This document shows, in pieces, positions 24,512-35,190 of a stretch of DNA of 49,333 nt. The notes under the pieces are model-generated. The model ran no database searches, had not been told where the DNA came from, and worked only from the letters and a program-made list of their open reading frames with translations. The stretch comes from Circinaria calcarea (taxonomy: Eukaryota), in the NCBI GenBank assembly GCA_051942165.1, contig JAVECS010000010.1, positions 1 through 49,333 of the forward strand, read 5' to 3'. The translations under genes were made by a program, and so were the position numbers. The first letter of the stretch is position 1. Each line of letters starts with the position of its first letter.

Positions 24512-26300
24512 TTACTTGAGAACCCTGTAAAGTAACTGTCCCAGCAAGCCACGAACTTTTGCCGGACTTTCCTGAGCATATACAAACAAGACGGCGGTAC
24601 TCAAGGAGAAGGCCATCTGCTCCCTCCAAAGGTACTAAACCGGGTATCAGTTCCACGCACCAAGCATCCAGTTATTCAACTAACTGACCTTCCGTGCATA
24701 ACGCCTTGGCAACAGCGTCGCCGCTGCCCGAGGAGCAACAAACAAGGCTATCTCCTGCCTCCTCTTTTCACCCTCAATAAGTATACTCCAACCACACATC
24801 ATGCATCCGGCCTGAACGCAAAGCCCCTGGTCCCACATCATGGGTGTGACTGTACTGCGTGCAAATATTCTGGGGCCAAGCTTTGTGCGAGACAAGCATA
24901 CTGAATAATAGAACAGGCTAATGAAGGCCCCCAGGAAGGCGGAAGAGCGTAAGGCATCTCTACATGCATGCTTGAGAGAATTGAACGACGGAGTTCTTGC
25001 CTTGACTAACAGTTGAAGTGGTAAATACATTACCAGCGCGAATTTGAACGCCCGAACAAACCTTACGACTGCATGCCAGTGGCAGGATGGACCTTCACCC
25101 ATATGTACCATTTCACACGGGATCGGAATCGTCTGGGCTGGATCTCCCCATGACAAAGGCCATCCATAGTCCTGGCACATAGTTTGTAGGACTTCTGCCT
25201 GACCAGTATCTCGCCCGTAAACAAACTCGCCTCGTCTAGCTTTGCGCAGTGCTTCAAGAAGCCGGTGATCGACCTGTGCAGCTTCTCCAATCCATGTATT
25301 GTATGCTAGAGGTAGCCTCTCTGGAAGATAAAACCATGACCACATTATGAAACCTGAACTGACCGCGAAGACTCCAGCATCCGTCAAACGCGAGACAGAA
25401 GACTCCAAGGGGGTCCACTTGCCCCTCGAAAACCTAAAATTCTTATAACGTTTCCAAATATCACCAATGATTGTATCAAGAGCTCTTATAGTGACCAGCA
25501 ATGTGATATCTATTGTGCTTCCTGCTAGTGTCTTTGATGTTAAGCCCCTTTGGACGCTGATTCCCGAAGTGCTTGCAGATAGGTTCTCATTAGTTGAAGT
25601 TCCTGGACCAGCACTCTCCATTCCGATGAGCACATCAGCCCTAGAAGATTGGTAGCCTGAGTTGTTGAGCAACTTGAAGCTAAGCCACGACGCTATAAAT
25701 GCTGCAACGAACCGCGGCAGAGAAGCCGCTGCATAAACACCGGTGTACCATCTCCGTCTCGCTAACCATGTCGATGTGAGTTGGAGAAGGCCCCGCAATG
25801 GTACTTGTAGAAACGTATAGCCACCAACCAAAGCACCGCAAAAGAATGGAAACTGCCTAAGCCCAAGAGCGGCTGTAAGAGTATTGTTTACCTTTATAGT
25901 TAGATCCGTCAGTAATCGTGTCAAGTACACAACAACCCTAAATCTATCAAGGAACCGAAAAAGCAGAATCCACGAGCATGACCGCAGTCAGAATAGAGAG
26001 AAAAACGTCCAAACTGAGTTGCTTACTGTTCTTAGAAAATAGCGGCCCTTCACGCCGCGACTATGTAAAGATGCTAGCAGGCGAAGCAGTTTCGGGGCAG
26101 TTGTGGATATGTAGGCCAGACAATATGCCTGAAGGAGCCTATTGGCATCATAAAGTTGTTAGCATGCTGTCCTTTCCTTGAGCTGTCCAATGAGCATTTT
26201 CCAGTGATGTCTCTCCGAATGCATGCTCGAAAGATCGAACTTACGGCTTGAAGAAGGAGGATTTGGGTTGAAACCGCCTATCATGGGCCGAGTTGACCAT
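24512..26300 (-). CDS. TMEM135/PMP52-like integral membrane protein
   Basis: Multi-helix hydrophobic protein with IMWSWFYLPERLP..YNTWI, IPCEMVH, RSSAFLG, RRQEIALFVAPRA. Exons 26300-26245, 26138-26027, 25891-24689, 24634-24512, all with canonical splice signals and in frame. Confidence 0.8.
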
Positions 26301-27192
26301 AATGTAGGGACGCGAAGAGAATGCACTGCCTCGGTGTCTTTTTCTTTCACTCTAGTCCTGCTTTCTGACCTTATACCCGCTCACGCTCACGCTCGCCGCA
26401 AGAGCTCACATAATGGACTTGCCCCACTCATTTGATAACGGTCAGTGTCTACACAAAGAAAGTCCAAGCCACCGACTTCAGCAAACTAAACCAACAGTGA
26501 CAGGAATACCATGCATGGCCTGTAGATAGGAAAACGTTCGTCAGATGTATTGAACTTATACGCTAGGCATTCAGGACGTGTTTATTTTGGGTACAAGGTT
26601 TGGCGGAAAAACAAGCACTTTTATCTATAAGAAAGGACGACTCTCACTATGGCAGCTGTCTCAAGTCGTGTAGGTACGAATACTCATGGTCCTCTGTTAA
26701 GTATTTAATTATTCACCAACATTCGGTACAAGGGCGCGCCGGTTCCTTGAGGTCGATCCCTCCTACGGAGTACGGTATACTATTTTACGGTGACCGACAA
26801 CTCAAAGTACGCCAATCGTCAACTTGTGTTCTTGATGTTGAGCAGATATTTACATGTGATTGTCGTGGCCCTGGCCAACATGAGGTGAGCATCGTTGTAG
26901 CTGCACTACAACTCATCTTACACCATCTCCGCTTGACGCCAGTATTCAACCTCACTGCACTGTGGGGCCACCCCCAGTCCCGGACTCGAGACACTGTAGA
27001 GTTGGAGCTTGGCCTCAATTCCAGATTTAGACTTTGAAGGCGCTCCATCGTCACGGCAGTTCAGGCTATTCGACAGTCTACCTTCACCCCAACCATCCGG
27101 AAGCCGGTGCTTGCGACCCTTCACCCCTACACTCTCATCTACTGCCAACAGCCTGCGTTTGAGTGAAACAAGTAGGATGGTGGACACGCCCG

Positions 27193-28680
27193 ATGAATCG
27201 ACCGCACATGTATCCCGCAGCGGCATCTCCTCCGCCAATGCCATTTGGCTGTAAGTAACTGGTCAGGAACCCCGCGAACTGGGCTCGACTGATAGCTACA
27301 GACGCGTTCCAGGAACTCCAAGATGCACCTGCCCCACGACCACCTGCGTCGGCTCCGGGTCCAGCGCTGCTCGATGATCATGAGACTGATATGTTGGACG
27401 ACTTCTTTGACAAGGTGAACGCTGGCCACCTCGACCATGACAGGTTCATGTTAGACGACATCGACCATGGCAAGACTAATCCACACTGGGATCCGTGGCA
27501 AGAGGAGCTACCACCAGTCTTTCATACCTCAGCTGCTTCCTTGGCGCCGCCGGATCCGCAATCAACAGCGCCCTTTCAACGGCCCATGGATCAACCGTTT
27601 CAATTTCATCATGAGCTTCCAACAACGGGAGGACATCGGTACAGAGCAAATACCTCTCCTGAGGTATTAGCAGCCGCATCAACACTTGTACCGAATGGGC
27701 ATGGAGGGCATGGAAGCTTTTTCAATGCTACTCCGAATCGACACAACCCCCTTGTATTGCAACCGTCACAGCAGCAGCCTTTTACCTACCATGGACAACA
27801 TACCTATGGGAGCACTCATGTCCCATCGTACCCGCCAGAGACATCGCTCGAATCAGGAGATGTAAGACCTCTTGATCCAGCCCTCTTACAGGGAGATGTC
27901 GTACTCAGAGATATGTTCTTTGGTCCTGTTACACACCATGATGTTCGAAATGCAATTGCCAATAAGCCTGCCGATCTACGCTGGGGTTCGGATGCAAGCT
28001 TCTTTGATCATGGTTTTGTCGCACCGCCCAATCAGGAGACTGTTGAAGAAGTCACAAACTCGATGTTAGGCAAGATGGAATGCTTCCAGCCTGAAACTAG
28101 TGCTGCGAATACACAACCGTCCAGCCCCTTAATCAACAGACCCGGAAGACGCGCTAGTGATAGTACCTACCGACAAGACATCAACGCCCACGAAACCGGG
28201 GTTTCAACAAAACATAGCCTACTAGAAGTGGCGTCAGAGTCGAAGCCGAGGAAGCGTCGAAAAGGTAGGCTGAAGCTTGAAGTCAAGGGGGCCGAGGACG
28301 AGGGGGACGAGGAAGAGCCAGCTGAGGAGATCTTTCCACCGACAAAAGAAACTAGACCCTCTTCGGTGAAAAGTTCAAAGTCCAAACGGCGAGCTCCCAT
28401 AGTTCAGGACCGAGGAAAGAGAGGCAAATCTCCGTCAGGCGAGCAGAAGTCCGGACGTGATAATCTGACGGACGAGCAGAAGCGATCGAACCATATCCTG
28501 TCGGAACAAAAAAGACGAAATCTAATTAAACAAGGCTTTGATGACCTGTGCAAGTTAGTACCCGATCTCAAAGGTGGTGGATTCAGCAAGAGTGCAATGT
28601 TGTCTCAGGCTGCTGAGTGGCTCGAAGACCTGTTGCAGGGGAACGAAAGACTTAGGCTCCAGCTTGCGGAACTTGGATGA
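27193..28680 (+). CDS. bHLH transcription factor (Ino2/Ino4, Yas1/Yas2-like family)
   Basis: C-terminal bHLH NLTDEQKRSNHILSEQKRRNLIKQGFDDLCKLVPDLKGGGFSKSAML. Exon 27193-27250, intron GTAAGT..CTGAT..CAG, exon 27302-28680. Confidence 0.88.
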
Positions 28681-29412
28681 TCTCGTGGTAGAGGACCGAT
28701 GACGATGTCCTGCTTTATGATACCCCCTTCTTTTAATGGCGGTGAACCTGGAGTCACGGTTGGGTGATCAAGGTGCGAAGTTCGATGGATAGCTTCTCCC
28801 TTGTCTATTTTCACACGGTTCGAGGATTAGGAACCTTACACACAAGTGCTCCACCTTTGCCTTGTTGCTGGTAGAGTGCACGGCTTCGAGCTTTAATTTC
28901 TGATGCGCGCGAGATGCTATCGTGCCCAGGCATGCCAGGTACTCTGTAATTAAGATTGATGTTACCGATAGAGTGATATTTGTACTTGGGCCCTCTTCAG
29001 CATCTTCCTCCATATATCCTCGACGGCTGACGTGACATGAATGATCATCCAGCCCAGTAGCGTAGCCGGCTGCAAACTCGCCCGGGAAGGCCAGCGGAGC
29101 GGGAAAGAAGGCCAAATAATCGTGCAATCCGGCCATAGCCGAATGCCACAGCAATGGTTTAGTTTAGCCCGAGAGGGTATCTATCTTCGCAGCATCCACT
29201 CACTTACCGGCCTCTACCGGACATCCATACGCGAAATGTTACACGTACACATACACGTGTTCAGCTCAGCTCAACGGAGACAGCCTTACTCCAACTGGCC
29301 TGTGTAACGTAGATTTAGGACAATTCGATGAGGACGCCCTCCACGTCGCGGATTGGTATTCGGCAGCTTCAAATAGGCAAACCTTTCTTGACTACGTTGA
29401 CATCCAAACAAT

Positions 29413-30680
29413 ATGGTAGATGATGAAGCATATGATGGTTTCCAAGCACTCTACTAATGTTGACACAGACTAAAAGAAGAAGCAATACTGGTAGCCTATC
29501 ACGCTCAAAACACCAGCAGCACATTTCACCCAACACCACCCCACCTACTGGTGTGTCTTCCTTTGCTGGTGCATCTCAGTCAAATGGTGCGGATGTCATA
29601 GTCAGCAGTGCTCCATCGTCTCCGTCAAGTAGACTGAAGCGTCGGAGAGAGCAGATCGAGGATTCCCACGATAGTATCGGTAAGACTTGTTACGAGCTCG
29701 AGGGAAAAATCGTCATGGCTGACATTCTCCGCTATAGAGAAGATACCACCCAAAAAGTTCGTGTTCTTGAAGCCACGTCTCCGATACGTAAATCAAACTG
29801 TAATTGAGGATAAATGGAATATTCTACCTGGTTATCTACAGAGCCGGGTGAAAGAGCTCTTCAAATCCATAGAAAGACCTGCCATGATGAAGTACCGCGA
29901 TGACAGGAGGAGAATTGAGGCGCAGGTTGCCCTGGGCTCAATTTCTCGAACGTGAGATCTACCTTCCACCCCTTATCTAACCTTGTATTGTGGTATCGCT
30001 TGCTAACTCGCTGTGCAGCTTGGGCAAACGCCTACCACGGATGCCCTTCCCACCAGATACAAAGGAAACACATTTTGACTACGAGGCGATTCTCCACAGC
30101 AATGTACGAATCCTGCCCCTCTGTGTCGAAAACCAGACAATTGATTCATCTACAGCGAGGTCTTGAGCTGCAATTAACTCCAGCTTTGCATAGCACCGTC
30201 TTACTCCAAGCCGAGATCGCAAAGGAGCAACGGATGCTCGATGCAGAAAAAATGGATCTTGCAGACTTGAAGAAAAATGCAACAGCTGCAGAAACAATGC
30301 GCCGACTGCAGGCGACGAAGGTCTGCTCCTTGGACCGAACTTCATTGCGGTGATCAATAACTGAACATCTTTCACAGCGGCATAAACTACTTCCTGTCGA
30401 TGACGGAGAGACGTTAGATGATCTGGTGGATTCGATTGGATTCGTCTTCAAGCCCCGCCAACCGCCCAGGGTATCTGAAGTGCGTTCATGCTTATTCCAG
30501 TATATGGTGTACTTCTAACTTTTATGTCCCCAGACGAGTCTCGACCCATACTTATCCCGGTTATTCTCCCAAATGCAAAGCCATCTGGAGAGCATAGATG
30601 GTAATGCTTCTCAAGTAATGGGAGGTAGTGGAGTTTTGATGAGAGCACACGCAACACTGGATCGCCTTCTACACTCCTAG
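29413..30680 (+). CDS. Kinetochore protein CENP-Q / Okp1 / Fta7 family
   Basis: Spliced product contains FLKPRLRYVNQTVIEDKW, KRLPRMPFPP..KETHFDYEAIL, a coiled coil LELQLTP..LLQAEIAKEQ..LKKNA, and QMQSHLESI. Exons approx. 29413-29415, 29469-29679, 29738-29951, 30019-30103, 30156-30320, 30378-~30479, ~30533-30680. Confidence 0.78.
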
Positions 30681-31077
30681 CATTCCGCTTGGATATAGTT
30701 CTCAACTTAGTCCTCAAGTCTCTGAGTTGGGGACCTTGCCAATAGTCGGGCTGATGGAGGTCGAGAGATGTGAAATATGTTTTGTCCAACCAGATCTAAA
30801 CTCAGTGAAAAGCTGTTATGAGTGTGGAGTCATCGAAAAGCACTCGTATGACGGCCTCGCTCCATCACTTGAATTCCAGGCTTGACAGCCCTAGACAGAG
30901 ATCTCAGTCTACGGTCAAAATGAGGTTTAATTTTAGAGATTTAATGTCCGACAGTGAGTAGTCTTGATATGCGGTGTACATGTCAGGCGAGATCATGGAT
31001 TGTAAGATTTGCTATGACGGCTCGTTTGGAATATTCAACCATCATCTCACATAGGTGGAAACACTTAGCCTTCGCGA

Positions 31078-32454
31078 GTGAGCATCAGCAAGGGGTTTCC
31101 GAATCTTCCAAGCCCCATCTCATTCAGGCTCCGAGGAGCTTTCCAGCGACGCCTAGGCATCGAGAGGGAGTTTCTTAGGATCATCCAATCTGGAGATGAG
31201 ATAGAATTTGCTCTACAAGATAAGAGGGACGTAAAATGCATGAAGGGAAGAATGAGGTGATTGTGTTCTATAACCAGAAGAAAGAATGATTCGAAGCCAC
31301 TTGGAGCCGCTCGGATTAGTCATGTTCATTCATCTATCAACAATCATGGGACCATTCAGCGTTGTGCTTCAGCCGTCCTCTTTCAATCAACGAAGTCCTT
31401 TGCAAGGTCGAGAAAGTTTGAGGGCACTAACACGGATTGCCTAGGTTTATCGAAATTTATTCCTTTATCGAGTTGGTCATGAGGTCTCCGTGTTTCGTTT
31501 CTGCTATATATGAGGAAGCAAGTTGGAGCGCGTGCGATGCACTCGCTATGTTGTCCACTTTCCTCGAAGAACCAAATAAATTTCTGGGAGCGACAAAGCC
31601 TACGAGGATGCTCCAGTTAAATCGTCCTTGTCGGTCTTTTCGATACCCTGACAAGATCCGGAGAAGAATAATTAACACCAGTGACGGCCAGTGTTGATGG
31701 ACAGCAATTATCTGGGATTGGTATAAGCTGTATTCTAAGAAAATGGACAAAACTTCTATTTCTGACATTCAAATGTCTCAATACCAAGCTTGGTTGCTTG
31801 ATGTAGGAAATGATTGCTTTTGCTTCTGGAGAGACCTTTGGCTGGACTATCCTCGTGGTGGAATGTATGATGCTCCTCTTCCTGCTGAGGCTGGTTCTCC
31901 TATGATGTGCATGGTGGAGCACAAGGGTGCCGCCTTAAGCCGCACAGTACGGCATACCAAACCACAATTCTGGGCCGCGAGAGACACAGAATAATTCAGG
32001 GAGCTATCTGCAGCTTTCACCAATCCTCACGCAAATGGGTTGTTTCTATATGGGGTCAAAGTATATGAAATGCCTAAAGGGATCTCGGATGTTCGCATTC
32101 ACTTCAGGCTTAGAATGTGACAAGGACGTCCTGGCATTTGAGAGTCACTTTAGCGGTCGCATAGCGAGCTCGCGTTTATTCGTGTTCGACTCAATTCAAA
32201 AGGTTGAATGCAGGCATTTGACAGTTAAGCAGCAGATCAACCAACAGCACCAGATTTGGCAAGAAGCCGTGACGTATGATAAGAACAGCCGCACATTGGG
32301 ATCAGTCGTTCACTGGTATTGTATTGCCTGCGGCTCTGGCAAGCCTCGCCATCCCTACCACTGCATAGCCTATCATGGCTCGGCAGATTCAGCTTGTTGG
32401 GATAGAGGGTACCACGCAAAGGAATCAGCTAGAGGTTCTTATGCTTTTAGATAG
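31078..32454 (+). pseudogene. Probable decayed protein-coding gene of unknown family
   Basis: Same-frame ORF chains broken by single stops: 31078-31260|31261-31482, and 31437-31697|..31994|..32119. A shifted 139-aa ORF (32035-32454) follows. There is also an intron-like 3' end (CACTAAC..TAG) at 31444. Confidence 0.4.
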
Positions 32455-32945
32455 AAGTTCACACCAATCGTAAAGTTTTCCAAACTGTCCACGAAGAAAT
32501 GAGAATGCTAATAATGTGTCCATATGTTCTATATTTATCTCAAGGACACATCTATGAACCTAATTTGGTTCATTGGATCTGGTAAAGGGATAGTGTCTAT
32601 TTCTTTCTTCACAATAGAAGAATCAACTGTTCGGAATTGACAGAGATATGTAAGTTGTAGACCTTGTAAGGCAACTGCGTTTACCCAGGACCAAGGTATT
32701 ACATGAAAAAGACAAGGAAGATTAAGCTTTGCCTGGCTAGGACTGTGTGATCTCCTGCATCAGGTACCTCATGCCCCCTGACACAGTACCATCATGAAGG
32801 TGGGGATTTTGCAGAAGGCTGAGGCCATGTAGCTTCGTATATTATAGCGACATGTGTCCCGCAACCAGTCTCCGGCTTCCATGAAACGTTTTTGACATGA
32901 TCAGGCCACCGTCATTGCATTTCAGAGCGCCAATAGAGAATAGGG

Positions 32946-34863
32946 ATGACGAAGTGCAACAGTGCGATGGAGCATGTGGAGGCCTCGCAAGAGACCAGCG
33001 CCAAAAGCTCAGGTTCGCCGCCGACCAACTCCGGTGGCGAGGATAGCTTCAGCACGAGTACCAAGAAACGCCGGAAGGTCAATCATGGTAGCTACCAACT
33101 CTTTAGGCCTCTCGTCGATGTCCCCCGAGCCTCGAATCATTGACTGACACATGGCTGGGGACAGCATGCATCTACTGCCGACGTTCGGTGAGCCACAGCA
33201 TCCCCAATGCTACACAACATCTCTCGGCGACATCCGAATGAATAAAGAACACGAGACTGACTGCAATGGCCACGGCGCCAATCAAAGCATATGACTTGCG
33301 ATTTGGTATGCTCTCCAACCGTATCGAGTTGTACCGCCAGCTAAGCCGGGGACTCTCATCCGCAGGAGCGTCCATGTACACGATGTGTCAAGCGGAATAT
33401 TGGGCACCTATGTCATGATGAACCCCGAGAACCTATGAAAAGGACCAAAGGCGAGCACGGACACACCACCGCGGAAGATGATGCCCGTTTAAAGCAGGAG
33501 GAATCTTACCTCGACACAATGGTGGCCCCGGCCCCCTTCGATCAGCAAGCGGAGCAACAGCTACAGCGTCAATCTGGAATGAACATCAGTCCGCCAGCTG
33601 TTCCATCAGCCAGACTGACCAACCCTCACCCGGTACAATCTTCGTCTCCTACTCCTAACGTAGCTCTCGGCACATCAGGACCGGGTGATCAACTTTGTGA
33701 GTAAAAGGTACAATTATATGAAGTCCCCCGACTTCGCTGATAATCCTCGAGTCGCCGGATACAATGATTGGAGTTTAGGGGGGCAGAATCCATTTCATGA
33801 AATGCATACGTTTCATCCGTCATACATGTTCAATGCACCGGAAGTAACCAACGAGTATAATTTACTCAACGACTTCCTCAGTACGAGTTTGTTGGACGAA
33901 GGAGCCATGTTCTCGAACGAGGACGCCGAAGCGCTCTACTCGGATCCATCACCAATCAACGCATTGACGAGTACGACCAAAGGTCAGTATCTTCCGAACA
34001 CCCCGCAGAACCAGCTCCTCCCTCCACCGCGTAACCTAGGAGACAACGCCATATTGCCTCCACCCAGCGCTAAACCTAGTGATAAGGCTCGGGAGACCTA
34101 CTACATGACAGCGGCAGATCCTTCGGGCAGTGATACGCCTGCGGTACGCATGAAGAAGCTGCTCGACGCCAAGGTTGAAGCCGGAATGCTGAGACCGTTC
34201 AACTATGTGAAAGGATATGCGCGATTGAATCAGTACATGGATCAGAATATGCAGCCAGCATCGCGCCAGAAAATCTTGAAGCAGTTGGATAAGTTTCGGC
34301 CCAAATTCCGCGTTCGAATGCAAAGCCTCACCGACTTTGAGCTCGTATTGGTCGAGATGTGGTTCGAGCAAAGCCTAATGATGTATGACCGAGTATTTGC
34401 GAGTATGGCCATACCGGCATGCTGTTGGAGGCGTACGGGTGAGATATTCCGGGGGAACAAGGAGATGGCGGAGCTGCTTCACGTACCCATTGAGAAGCTC
34501 AGAGATGTAAGTCAGATCTGCTTCGCCGTCTCTAACACCGTCACTCACGAACCTCCTTGTGAACAGGGGAAACTCGCCATTCACGAGATTATTGTCGAAG
34601 ACCACCTTGTCAGCTACTGGGAAAAGTTTGGTGGCATCGCCTTTGACAGTTCTCAGAAAGCCATGTTGACGAGTTGCTCGTTGAGAAACCCGGATCTGCA
34701 TTCCACCGATCCCAAGATCGATTGCTGCTTTTCTTTCACCATCAAACGAGACGACCATGATATGTAAGCCATCAAAGCCTCTGCCAGGCCGGTCGGGCTG
34801 ACAGCATCTAGCCCGTCCATAATCGTGGGCAATTTCTTGCCCAGGAAGCCAATGAAGAAGTAG
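32946..34863 (+). CDS. acuM: Zn(II)2Cys6 transcription factor AcuM/Rds2 (gluconeogenesis regulator, PAS-like C-terminus)
   Basis: Spliced KKRRKVNHACIYCRRSHMTCDLERPCTRCVKRNIGHLCHDEPRE, plus YYMTAADPSG, LRPFNYVKGYARL, PACCWRRTGEIFRGNKEMA, IVGNFLP. Exons 32946-33087, 33165-33187, 33288-33305, 33366-33696, 33752-34506, 34567-34762, 34812-34863. Confidence 0.92.
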
Positions 34864-35190
34864 AGGGTACAGCTAGCAGGGGCGGACACCCCGAAAGGCA
34901 TCCTCTGAGAACGGAGAGGTCTGGAGAGCGATCCTGCTTTAGTTCAGCCTCTGTTGCATGCAATGCCTGGAGGGGGAGGGCGAGAGTGCCCGGGGGGATT
35001 CAGCGCGCCTCTTTTGGCTGATATGATTGCCTAGGTAAGACGGCCCGGTGTACGAATTAGGGATGGGGTGGCGGCATCCCCCGCACTTAGGGCAACGCGG
35101 GGCCACAAGCGAGCATATGCACCTTGTTATATGACAGTTGTAGGTCCACCTTTCCTCACCTCTCCCGGTGCCACCCAGTCCACTCCTAGG

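Noticed and set aside
11978..28680. Possible inositol regulon (inositol-transporter-like MFS plus Ino2/4-like bHLH)
   Set aside because: The genes are 13 kb apart with unrelated genes between them, and the transporter substrate is not established.
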